This document shows, in pieces, positions 25,369 to 33,914 of a DNA stretch of 64,000 bases; the first letter of the stretch is position 1, and each line of letters opens with the position of its first letter. The notes under the pieces were generated by a model. It saw only the letters and a program-made list of their open reading frames with translations. It was not told where the DNA came from and made no database searches. Position numbers and translations under genes: made by a program. The stretch comes from a virus. Taxonomy: Duplodnaviria; Caudoviricetes. The stretch covers positions 35,731 to 99,730 of the IMG/VR virus record IMGVR_UViG_2706795806_000001; one strand, written 5' to 3'.

Positions 25369-25444
25369 GGTCGATTAGCTCAGTTGGTAGAGCAGTAGCC
25401 CGATAAGCTATTGGTCGCTGGTTCAAATCCAGCATCGACTACCA
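25369..25444 (+). tRNA. tRNA-Ile(GAT)
   Basis: Cloverleaf; loop CCGATAA (C33). Confidence 0.9.
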
Positions 25445-25450
25445 TTTAAT

Positions 25451-25536
25451 TCTTGTGTAGACAAACTGGTAAAGTCAGTGGACTGTTAATCCACCGCTTA
25501 ATTGCACTGTAGGTTCGAAGCCTACCACAAGAGCCA
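25451..25536 (+). tRNA. tRNA-Asn(GTT)
   Basis: GTGGA-CTGTTAA-TCCAC; enlarged variable region; GCCA. Confidence 0.9.
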
Positions 25537-25542
25537 AACAAT

Positions 25543-25619
25543 CAGGGTATAGGGCAGTCTGGTAGCCTATTTCTTTTGGAAAGAAAATGTCGATGGTTCA
25601 AATCCATCTACCTTGACCA
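25543..25619 (+). tRNA. tRNA-Pro(TGG)
   Basis: TTTCT-TTTGGAA-AGAAA, CCA. Confidence 0.9.
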
Positions 25620-25832
25620 ATTAAGTTGTGTATCGTCGGCTGTCGTGAAAACGATAAAGGTTATACTCAAAAGTGACATGGTACTGGGACAGGCAATTGC
25701 TCCTCCTTTTATCAGTGGAATTATGATCGCCACGAAGGATCGTATTACCCAGTGAAATGATATCTAAGTAACTGGCAAGATGATAAGGAGTTCTCGAATA
25801 TCTCTTTGTAAAACGCTCGAAATCGAAATTAT

Positions 25833-25908
25833 CATGTGGAAGTATTTACAGGAGATGCACTATCGGTTGGCGGTAGGTTAAGTTGGTTCGAATCCAACCC
25901 CATGACCA
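25833..25908 (+). pseudogene. degenerate tRNA-like element
   Basis: Intact T arm GTTGG-TTCGAAT-CCAAC and CCA; bulged acceptor; anticodon loop GGTTGGC lacks U33. Confidence 0.6.
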
Positions 25909-25958
25909 AATTTAAATTTACCTACATGAGTGTAACTGATATGGTTGTAGGTAATTTT

Positions 25959-26034
25959 GGCTCTGTAGCATAGCGGATTATGCGCCTCCCTGTCTAGGAG
26001 AAAAACGAGGGTTCGAGTCCCTTCAGAGTCGCCA
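25959..26034 (+). tRNA. tRNA-Asp(GTC)
   Basis: CTGTCTA loop, GCCA. Confidence 0.9.
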
Positions 26035-26263
26035 ATATAGGTTTTGGATTGCTGTCGAAAGACTCCCCCAGAGCCGACAAATTCTGTAGCTGATGGACGT
26101 AAGGTATGGGCTTATAATCCAACCGACAAGGATAAGGTATGGTAAGCGAGTGATCATTAGCTTCCCTACAGAACCAATTTAGGTAAAGAACCTTAAACAC
26201 TCTGTTGAGATGTTAAGAGGACAACTGGAGCTGAGAACCTAACTCATTTAATAGCTCCTTTTC

Positions 26264-26337
26264 GCTGGTATCGTATAATGGTATTACGCTTGTTTTGTAA
26301 TCAAGTCATGGCAGTTCGATTCTGTCTACCAGCACCA
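26264..26337 (+). tRNA. tRNA-Thr(TGT)
   Basis: TTTGTAA loop, CCA. Confidence 0.9.
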
Positions 26338-26368
26338 AGATTCGTTGTATATTAAGAGGTGTATTTTG

Positions 26369-26668
26369 ATGGAACATTTAGCTTTAGGTAAATATATTTT
26401 AGTTGAGTTGGCAAGTGATGAGAAAGTTTCAAAGGGTGGTATTTTACTTCCTGATGATCAAGTTCAAGCTGACTGTAAACGATCTCGTGTAGTCTCTGTA
26501 TCAGAAGATTTACTTGAGATGTATTCACAAAAAAATCGTAAGTTCCCATTAAAGGTTGGTGATATTGTATATCATGCCTTCCATATTGGTACACCACTTA
26601 CAACACATGATGACAAGAAGTTGACAGCGATTCATATCGACAACGTGTTATCTGTGGAAATCGGTTGA
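26369..26668 (+). CDS. groES: GroES-like co-chaperonin
   Basis: ALGKYILVE, SKGGILLP mobile loop, LKVGDIV. Confidence 0.85.
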   Translation: MEHLALGKYILVELASDEKVSKGGILLPDDQVQADCKRSRVVSVSEDLLEMYSQKNRKFPLKVGDIVYHAFHIGTPLTTHDDKKLTAIHIDNVLSVEIG

Positions 26669-26669
26669 T

Positions 26670-26744
26670 AGGTCGTTAGTGTAAAGGTTGCACAGTGGAT
26701 TCCAAATCCTCTTGAATGGGTTCGATTCCTATACGATTCTGCCA
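26670..26744 (+). tRNA. tRNA-Trp(CCA)
   Basis: TTCCAAA loop, GCCA; imperfect acceptor stem. Confidence 0.8.
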
Positions 26745-26803
26745 AATTAAGCGTTGCATCGTTTAATCAAACTTAAAGTTTGAACCTTAATCAAACTGGC
26801 AAT

Positions 26804-26877
26804 TGTCGTATGGTGTAATGGTAGCACCTCAGAATTTGACTCTGATAGCGAAGGTTCGATCCCTTCTACGACTTCCA
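26804..26877 (+). tRNA. tRNA-Gln(TTG)
   Basis: TCAGA-ATTTGAC-TCTGA, CCA. Confidence 0.9.
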
Positions 26878-26878
26878 A

Positions 26879-26954
26879 TGTAGTCTTAGGTTATATGGTA
26901 AACCCACAGGTTGTGACCCTGAAAAACATGGTTCGAGTCCATGAGATTGCACCA
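26879..26954 (+). tRNA. tRNA-His(GTG)
   Basis: TTGTGAC loop; U-1:A73 instead of G-1:C73. Confidence 0.9.
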
Positions 26955-26956
26955 AT

Positions 26957-27033
26957 TGATCGGAAGCTAAAGTGGAGGAAGCACTGGACTTTTAATCCAG
27001 ATAAAGAGGGTTCAACTCCCTCCCGATCAACCA
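26957..27033 (+). tRNA. tRNA-Lys(TTT)
   Basis: CTGGA-CTTTTAA-TCCAG, CCA. Confidence 0.9.
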
Positions 27034-27034
27034 G

Positions 27035-27186
27035 ATTTATTACTGGGACAATTTAGATGATGAAGGCGTTCAGTCGCTCTTATGTCAATAGGTTAAGTGG
27101 GTTCGATTCCCTAGCTGTGGTCAGCACAACCGAAATTCTAGACTTCACATATTAGTGTTTGTGTTTAGATTGTCCCAGTAATAAAT
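27035..27186 (+). ncRNA. candidate Y-RNA-like permuted tRNA mimic
   Basis: 23-bp closing stem; T arm GGG-TTCGATT-CCC followed by TA and a D-like arm GCT-GTGGTC-AGC. Confidence 0.55.
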
Positions 27187-27197
27187 TTGTTTTAGGA

Positions 27198-27273
27198 GAG
27201 CCATAATCTAAAGGCTCGAAGAGACGATCTGCAACATCGTTGTTAGTGAGTTGAAGTCTCACATGGTTCTCCA
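27198..27273 (+). tRNA. tRNA-Cys(GCA)
   Basis: ACGAT-CTGCAAC-ATCGT, U73, CCA; T loop TTGAAGT. Confidence 0.8.
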
Positions 27274-27285
27274 AAGTAAATTAAA

Positions 27286-27360
27286 GCGTGTGTCGTATAG
27301 TGGCAATTATAGGTGGCTTCCAACCATCGGACGAGGGTTCGATTCCCTCCACCCGCACCA
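27286..27360 (+). tRNA. tRNA-Gly(TCC)
   Basis: CTTCCAA loop, CCA. Confidence 0.92.
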
Positions 27361-27366
27361 AATTTT

Positions 27367-27442
27367 GTTCTCATCGTCTAACTGGTCAGGATGCCACACT
27401 CTCAATGTGGTGATTTGGGTTCGATCCCCAATGAGAATACCA
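27367..27442 (+). tRNA. tRNA-Glu(CTC)
   Basis: CCACA-CTCTCAA-TGTGG, CCA. Confidence 0.9.
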
Positions 27443-27448
27443 AACAAT

Positions 27449-27523
27449 GCTCTATTCGTCTAATGGCTAGGATTTCTCCCTTTCAAGGAGAAGAAGAGGG
27501 ATCGAAACCCTCATAGAGTACCA
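27449..27523 (+). tRNA. tRNA-Glu(TTC)
   Basis: TCTCC-CTTTCAA-GGAGA, CCA. Confidence 0.9.
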
Positions 27524-27536
27524 AATTGGAGGTTGT

Positions 27537-27767
27537 ATGATTGAAGATGTTTTACTTTCAGATATTGATTGTGTTTCAAATTGTGGTTTAGGTAACTATA
27601 TGTTCAAAACCATTACAAGATCATACACCTTAAACGTACCAAAGAAAACTCTCCTGAGATTCATTAAAAAGGAAGGTGGCTTTGGTATGACAGAAGATTG
27701 GTTTGATAAAACCATTGTTCTTAATGATGAAGAATTTAATAAGCTTAAACAAAAGCTTTGTATATAA
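27537..27767 (+). CDS. hypothetical protein
   Basis: GGAGG RBS. Confidence 0.75.
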   Translation: MIEDVLLSDIDCVSNCGLGNYMFKTITRSYTLNVPKKTLLRFIKKEGGFGMTEDWFDKTIVLNDEEFNKLKQKLCI

Positions 27768-27768
27768 T

Positions 27769-27845
27769 GCTCAGGTAAGAGAATTGGCATATCGCACAGT
27801 CTTAGAAACTGTGATTTGTGGGTTCGAGTCCCACCCTGAGTACCA
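27769..27845 (+). tRNA. tRNA-Leu(TAG)
   Basis: CTTAGAA loop, short variable arm, CCA. Confidence 0.9.
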
Positions 27846-27851
27846 AATAAT

Positions 27852-27928
27852 GATCGGGTAGGCTAACTGGCAAAGCTGACAGACTTAAAATCTGTTGTTT
27901 GTGGGTTCGACTCCCACCCCGATTACCA
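27852..27928 (+). tRNA. tRNA-Leu(TAA)
   Basis: CTTAAAA loop, short variable arm, CCA. Confidence 0.9.
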
Positions 27929-27942
27929 ATGGAGATTCTGAT

Positions 27943-28203
27943 ATGAAACTTAGAGATATTGTACTTCACGTTTGTATGAATAACAGTCATCGTGAAATGG
28001 TTATACACCAAAGACTCAGAGAGTTTGCTCTGGATGGTGCAGTTATTTTAAAGCGTTCAAAGACTATGGCTATAGTTGGAGAGGAAGAGCATATCTTTAA
28101 GACTGAAGAAGAGATTCAACAAGGACGTTGTTTAAGTTACAACATCACAAGAGTTGAAGGATTCGTACCAGAAAGTTTAAAGAGACAAATTCGAATTATT
28201 TAA
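27943..28203 (+). CDS. hypothetical protein
   Basis: GGAG RBS, ATG 27943. Confidence 0.75.
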   Translation: MKLRDIVLHVCMNNSHREMVIHQRLREFALDGAVILKRSKTMAIVGEEEHIFKTEEEIQQGRCLSYNITRVEGFVPESLKRQIRII

Positions 28204-28213
28204 GAGGTGTTTT

Positions 28214-28477
28214 ATGAAAGTGTTCCAAAATGTATTAGTTAAGTTTGGTGCTACGTGGTGTAACCCATGTAATCAGGCTGAAAAGTTCCTATCAAGTAAA
28301 TTTCAACCAACTCAATATGAAAGTATTGATGTCACAGAAAATGAGGACGTAGCCAAACAGTATGGCATTAAAAACGTACCTACATTTATCCTATTCGATG
28401 AGACAGGCGATATCGTAGAACGGTTCACTGGATTCAACCCGAAACAAATAACAGATTCAATTGCAAAATTAGCGTAG
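28214..28477 (+). CDS. thioredoxin
   Basis: FGATWCNPC active site, VPT cis-Pro motif. Confidence 0.9.
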   Translation: MKVFQNVLVKFGATWCNPCNQAEKFLSSKFQPTQYESIDVTENEDVAKQYGIKNVPTFILFDETGDIVERFTGFNPKQITDSIAKLA

Positions 28478-28486
28478 TTTACCTCA

Positions 28487-28511
28487 AGCCCATTAGTGGG
28501 CTTTATTTTTT
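28487..28511 (+). terminator. rho-independent terminator
   Basis: AGCCCA-TTAG-TGGGCT followed by a T-run. Confidence 0.75.
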
Positions 28512-28568
28512 GAATATTAAATGGTGTGAACTATTTCAGCTCATACCCTTTAACATTTAGGAGTAGTT

Positions 28569-28934
28569 ATGAGAAAGAGAGTAAATAATACTGAACTTCT
28601 CAGGTCTATGGATAATGTGGTAGAGACTGCAATCACGAAAATGGTGAAGGTGTTGAATGACCCACAAGCCAAAAATTCGGAGATTTTGAACTCTGCTGAT
28701 AAAATCATTAAACTTAGATTTCAGCTACAAGAGAACATCCGTAAAGAGGCTCTTGACAAAATTGAAATTGAGTATAAACAACTCAACCTAGAAGAGAAAC
28801 AAATTAAACTTGAGGCACTAAGAGGGCTTAGAAACCCAGACTCAACACCAGATCAGGTGAAGACGTACTCACGTACATTTACACCAGCTATGAAGCCACA
28901 AGATGTCGATGACTCGATTCTGGAGACAGGCTAA
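28569..28934 (+). CDS. putative terminase small subunit
   Basis: Helical protein coupled (TAATG) to terL; positional inference. Confidence 0.55.
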   Translation: MRKRVNNTELLRSMDNVVETAITKMVKVLNDPQAKNSEILNSADKIIKLRFQLQENIRKEALDKIEIEYKQLNLEEKQIKLEALRGLRNPDSTPDQVKTYSRTFTPAMKPQDVDDSILETG

Positions 28935-30442
28935 TGGCAGAAAATAAGGATTTAGGATTAGAGTTATGTGAACCTAAAGGACAGAAGCACTATGACTTTA
29001 TTTGGTCTGATGCTGACATCACCGTCTTTGGTGGTTCGGCTGGATCAGGAAAGACATGGCAAGGATTGTGTAGATTTTTGAGATTCATTAACGAACCTCA
29101 ATATATCGGGTACGTGATTCGTAAAACACAGGCATCTTTGAAACAAGGTGCATTCAAGACAGCGATTCGATTATTCACTGCTTGGGAGAGTAAGATCAAG
29201 GTCAATAGAGTTGACATGACAATTACATTTCCTTCAGGTGCTATTATCATTTTCAAAGGTCTTGACGGTACAGCGTCTATTGAATACTTTCAAGGACAAG
29301 AGATTTCAGGGGCATTGGTCGATGAGGCGACACACATTAAATATGAAGAGATTTCATGGTTAATGACTCGTCTTCGTACAAATGCCAATGTACATCCTAC
29401 TGTGTGGTTTACGTGTAACCCTGACCCAGATCACTTTATTGCTGAGTGGGTTGATCCCTACCTTTACCCAAAGAAAACGTACAAAACCTTAGATGGACAC
29501 CTTACAGATGTTGGTGGTCGTGTTGATCCAGACATCAATGGTAGAAAGAAATGGTACTACGTTATTGATGGACAATGGTACTGGGATGATGACAGAGAAA
29601 ACCTTGTAAAAACTTGGTCACATCTGATTACCGATCCAAACCAAAAGCCGATGTCATTTAGGTTCATTGGAGCAACATTTATTGATAACCCTGTATTGTG
29701 TGCAACACAGCCAGCGTATATCAACTCACTTATGAATAAACCAAAAGTTGAGAAGGAACGACTAGCTTATGGTAATTGGTATATCCGAGAGGAAGGTGCT
29801 GGTTATTGGAAGCAAGAGTGGGTAAGAGTTATTAAACAATTCCCTCACCCTGATGATCCTGACGACAAGGTTGATAAGAGAGTACGTTGTTGGGACTTAG
29901 CATATACAGTGCCTCATGAAGCCAACCCAGACCCCGACTATACAGCCTCTGTACTGATGTTTAGAACAAAACATGGGTATTATGTTGTAGAGCATGTTAT
30001 TAGGGCAAGGAAGCGTGTTGGTGAGCTTTATAAGTACATTGCAGAAGTCGCTAAGGCTGACTACAAGACTTATGGAATCATTACACAATATATCCCTGAA
30101 GACCCTGCGGCTGGAAAGGTAACTTATTTATTTGCAAAGGAATTTTTGCAAAAACGAGGGATTTTCGTTGATAAAGTTAAAGCTAGTCAACAGAAATCTA
30201 AACTAGAAAGATTCAAGAACTTTGCATCTGCTTCTGAGAATGGAGCTGTTATGATTATTGACACTTCACACATTAAAGACCCTGTAGCAAACTGGAATGA
30301 ATACTATTTCACAGAGCTTGAAGTTTTTGATGGGACACGTAATACACGACATGATGATATGGTCGATGCTACGAGTGATTGTTTCAACGTACTGTACCGA
30401 AGACGTAGAGTTCGTAAAGGGATTGTTAAAAATATGTTTTAA
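28934..30442 (+). CDS. terL: terminase large subunit
   Basis: Walker A GGSAGSGKT, Walker B ALVDEAT, TCNP coupling motif, WDLA and HDDMVDA nuclease motifs. Confidence 0.97.
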   Translation: MAENKDLGLELCEPKGQKHYDFIWSDADITVFGGSAGSGKTWQGLCRFLRFINEPQYIGYVIRKTQASLKQGAFKTAIRLFTAWESKIKVNRVDMTITFPSGAIIIFKGLDGTASIEYFQGQEISGALVDEATHIKYEEISWLMTRLRTNANVHPTVWFTCNPDPDHFIAEWVDPYLYPKKTYKTLDGHLTDVGGRVDPDINGRKKWYYVIDGQWYWDDDRENLVKTWSHLITDPNQKPMSFRFIGATFIDNPVLCATQPAYINSLMNKPKVEKERLAYGNWYIREEGAGYWKQEWVRVIKQFPHPDDPDDKVDKRVRCWDLAYTVPHEANPDPDYTASVLMFRTKHGYYVVEHVIRARKRVGELYKYIAEVAKADYKTYGIITQYIPEDPAAGKVTYLFAKEFLQKRGIFVDKVKASQQKSKLERFKNFASASENGAVMIIDTSHIKDPVANWNEYYFTELEVFDGTRNTRHDDMVDATSDCFNVLYRRRRVRKGIVKNMF

Positions 30443-30451
30443 GGAGTTTAT

Positions 30452-31942
30452 ATGGCTAGAGTAAGAAAGAGTGGAGGGCAGAAAAACGATAAAGTATCTT
30501 CAGTTGATAAAATCAAACCTGAAATCGGTAATCTTGGAGTACAAATCGACTTCTTATCCATTTCTAGTGAAGCTATTAAAGATTTAACCTTCCCTTGTTC
30601 TATTACAACATTTGACAACATGGCTCGTAGTTCTGTTGTTGGTGCAACATTAAGTGCCATCAATACTATCGCAAGTCAAGTTGATTTTATTATTGACTCC
30701 TACGATGAGTCAGCAACACATAAAGGGCGTAGAGACTTCTTGAAGCAATGTCTGTTTGAGGATATGGAATATTCTTTCAATCAAGTTGTACGAGATGCCT
30801 TGACAATGACTAAATATGGTTTCTCAGTTCTTGAGAAGGTTTACCGATTTAGACGTAGAAAGGAAGGTAGTCTTTACAATGATGGTCGTGTCGGTATTAA
30901 ATATTTGCCGATTCGATCTCAACGATCTATCAACCAATTTGTATATGACGACAACAACAGAACATTGAAGTATGTCGAACAAAATCCAGTTGGTCTAAAA
31001 GGCACAATACAAAAGATTGAACCTATTAGAATGGATGCTGATCGTTGTATGGTGTTCCGAGTGAATCCTACAGGACTTCACCCTTACGGACAATGCCCTT
31101 TAGCAGATGCCTACAAGTCGTGGAGAGTTTTAGAAAAACTCCAAGATATTGAAACCACAAGTGCAAACCGAAACCTAAATGGTATTCCTCACTTATCAGC
31201 ACCTTCAGAAGTGTTGGACGAAGATGAGGATGATCCAGAGTCAGTTAAACGTGTGAGAGCAATGAAAGCTGGATTATCTGCAATCTCTTCTGGAGAGCAA
31301 AGTTATATCCTTACACCGTCTGACAGATACACCCAAGATGAAGGTGGTTCTGCACAGTACGATTTCAAGCTCGTCACAGGCTCTAGTTCGCATCTTACAG
31401 CCTTGAGTGGTATTATCACACGTTACAGCAATGAAACCTTCCAGACGATGTGTGCTGACGTTTTAACGCTGGATAACGGACAAGGTGGTGGTAGTACAAG
31501 CCTGACATCGAATAAACAGACAATGTTGAATATGTTTGTTGAAGCTCGATTGAAAGAGTTCTTAGACATTCTGAATAAAGACTTGATTCCTGACCTTTGG
31601 AGAAAGAATGGTTGGGATGACACTAAATGTCCTAAGATTAAACATGGACGTATTGAGAAGGTTGCTCTTGAGACACTTGCTAAAGCTGTACAACAGTTAA
31701 TGGCAACAAATTCTATTCCAATTACAGTTGAGAACATCAACTATATTATGGAAATCTTCGGATTCCCTACACGTATTTCTGATGAAACTTCGAGAGAGGA
31801 TTTACTGGAAATGTTAGGTTTTGGATTAGAAATGCAAAGTCGATCAGGTGATGGGATGAAGAAAGGGACTGTCGGTGAAGGTACAGCTAAGAAAGTATCA
31901 GGCACTGACAAAAATGCTTCAAACTTGAACAAGGAGAATTAA
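30452..31942 (+). CDS. portal protein
   Basis: Follows terL; YGFSVLEKVY motif; 496 aa. Confidence 0.9.
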   Translation: MARVRKSGGQKNDKVSSVDKIKPEIGNLGVQIDFLSISSEAIKDLTFPCSITTFDNMARSSVVGATLSAINTIASQVDFIIDSYDESATHKGRRDFLKQCLFEDMEYSFNQVVRDALTMTKYGFSVLEKVYRFRRRKEGSLYNDGRVGIKYLPIRSQRSINQFVYDDNNRTLKYVEQNPVGLKGTIQKIEPIRMDADRCMVFRVNPTGLHPYGQCPLADAYKSWRVLEKLQDIETTSANRNLNGIPHLSAPSEVLDEDEDDPESVKRVRAMKAGLSAISSGEQSYILTPSDRYTQDEGGSAQYDFKLVTGSSSHLTALSGIITRYSNETFQTMCADVLTLDNGQGGGSTSLTSNKQTMLNMFVEARLKEFLDILNKDLIPDLWRKNGWDDTKCPKIKHGRIEKVALETLAKAVQQLMATNSIPITVENINYIMEIFGFPTRISDETSREDLLEMLGFGLEMQSRSGDGMKKGTVGEGTAKKVSGTDKNASNLNKEN

Positions 31943-33303
31943 TGAATTTCATCGAACTCTCCCAACTTCTTTTTGATAAACAATTGCTGGCAAGTGAAGG
32001 GGCAGTAAGGGATGTACTGAATAAGTATGAACTTGCTACTCAACACGGTCATGAGTATGTGGGGCTGATTAAAAAGGATAAATCACCTATTACAGCTATC
32101 ACATCACAAATCTACAAAGGTACTGACAACAAGCTTATTGGTGTCTTGCCGATCAAAGGTGCTTTGGTTTACGAAGAGACTGGCTGGGAAGCTTTGTGTG
32201 GTATGACTTCTTACGAAGGACTGCAAAATAAAGCTACTTACATGATTAAAGAAAAGAAAGTTGACCATCTTATTCTCGAATTGAATAGTGGTGGTGGTAT
32301 GGCTTATGGATGCTTTGAAACGGCACAATTTGTCAAGAACCTAGCGAAAGAACATGGCGTTAAAATCACTTCCTATGTGGATGGTGTAGCCCATTCTGGT
32401 GGGTATGCTTGGGCTTGTATCGCTGATGAAGTAATTCTTAATCCAATGGCTAAGGTAGGATCAATTGGTGTTGTTCTTCCTCTTATTAACTCTTCTGAGA
32501 AAGATAAGAAAGATGGTATCAAACGAGTTTACGTTACTGCTGGAAAGAGTAAAGTTCCATTCGATAAAGATGGTAACTTCACTGAAGAAGCTTTAAGCAA
32601 CATCCAAAAAGATGTAATGGTTACTTATGACATGTTTGTTGATCATGTCTCAGAGAATAGAAATCTGAACAGAGATGCAGTCATTGATACTGAAGCCAAA
32701 ACATTCGGAACAAAGGAAGCTCTTAAAATTGGTTTGATTGATAAAGTTATGACCAAAGAGCAATTTTATGAACACTTAGGAAATTTTAACGGAGAATCAA
32801 GTATGAGTCTTACAATTAATACAGATGGAACAAAAGTAGAAGCTGGTACAGATGGTGCTAACAGCCTTGTTGTTTCACAATTATCAACACAAATTCAGAC
32901 TCTTGAGTCAGACAAATCTGGTCTAGTTGCACAAGTTGCTACTTTAACAGGTGAACGTGATCAAGCAGTTGCTGATCTTGGTGTTGCACAGACAAAAATC
33001 TCAGAACTAACTACACAGTTGGCTACTGCACAGACTGAAGCGAATACAGCGATCTTAACAGCTCGTCGTGAAGCAATCTCAGCTCTTGTATCGGCTGATG
33101 ATGTAGAAGATCACATGAGCTTTATTGCAGACTTTGATGCTGAGAAGTTTGATAAGTATAAAGAGAAGCTATCAGTTCAAAGTGAGAAAATGTCGGCAAG
33201 CTTTACGGCTCAAGGCGTTGACACTGGTGAAGCTGAAGGCGAGAAGCTTAGTGTGGAAGAGAAAATGGCTGAACGTGTTCGTCAACGTAATGGGAAGGCT
33301 TAA
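31942..33303 (+). CDS. S49-family prohead protease with C-terminal scaffold region
   Basis: LNSGGG, AHSGGYAWA, VGSIGVV, AGKSK motifs. Confidence 0.93.
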   Translation: MNFIELSQLLFDKQLLASEGAVRDVLNKYELATQHGHEYVGLIKKDKSPITAITSQIYKGTDNKLIGVLPIKGALVYEETGWEALCGMTSYEGLQNKATYMIKEKKVDHLILELNSGGGMAYGCFETAQFVKNLAKEHGVKITSYVDGVAHSGGYAWACIADEVILNPMAKVGSIGVVLPLINSSEKDKKDGIKRVYVTAGKSKVPFDKDGNFTEEALSNIQKDVMVTYDMFVDHVSENRNLNRDAVIDTEAKTFGTKEALKIGLIDKVMTKEQFYEHLGNFNGESSMSLTINTDGTKVEAGTDGANSLVVSQLSTQIQTLESDKSGLVAQVATLTGERDQAVADLGVAQTKISELTTQLATAQTEANTAILTARREAISALVSADDVEDHMSFIADFDAEKFDKYKEKLSVQSEKMSASFTAQGVDTGEAEGEKLSVEEKMAERVRQRNGKA

Positions 33304-33356
33304 TCGCCCCCATTCAGCAACATTAAATTAAACTTAACTTAAAAGGAAATTCAAAT

Positions 33357-33848
33357 ATGGCTATTATGCAATTGCAAAAATACTTCCCACGCTTCGGTGA
33401 TGTTTTCCAACATGAAGATGGCGTTCCAATCGGTTTCACACGTAAGACCTTAGAAGTAACAGGTACTGCTGGTAAGAAATTGTTTATTGGTGACTTCATT
33501 GTGATGGAATCAAAAACAGCTAAAGTCGGTACGATCCCAGCAGATATTGAGGCAATCAAATCAGCTAAGTGGCTTGGTGTTTATGCTGGTAATGATGCAC
33601 ACCAGAATATGAATACAGACAATCCAACGTACAACCACAACGTAACAGAGTTTGAAGCTGACACTTTAAAACAGAATGTTGTTGTTGTTTATCGTGGTCG
33701 TATGGGTGTTGCTCGTGGTGGTGCTGAAGGTACTACACGCTATGATTCAGGTCTTCGCTTCCCTAAAGGAACTTCGAAGGTTGATATGCAAGCTGTCTGG
33801 GACAAGCTTGAAGAGCAAGACATCCACGTTTTACGTCAAGTACCTTAA
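33357..33848 (+). CDS. head decoration/stabilising protein
   Basis: Position between protease and MCP; 163 aa. Confidence 0.7.
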   Translation: MAIMQLQKYFPRFGDVFQHEDGVPIGFTRKTLEVTGTAGKKLFIGDFIVMESKTAKVGTIPADIEAIKSAKWLGVYAGNDAHQNMNTDNPTYNHNVTEFEADTLKQNVVVVYRGRMGVARGGAEGTTRYDSGLRFPKGTSKVDMQAVWDKLEEQDIHVLRQVP

Positions 33849-33914
33849 TTGGTACTGGCGTTTAGCTAATCAAATAAGTAAATAAATTTCAATTTTTAGA
33901 AGGATTCTATAACT

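Noticed and set aside
25625-25908. Canonical tmRNA
   Set aside because: No Ala acceptor with G3:U70 and no recognisable tag reading frame; kept only as an unknown ncRNA
25250-28011. ORFs overlapping tRNAs (25250-25435, 25994-26200, 27251-27463, 27802-28011)
   Set aside because: Shadow translations of tRNA or structured RNA sequence
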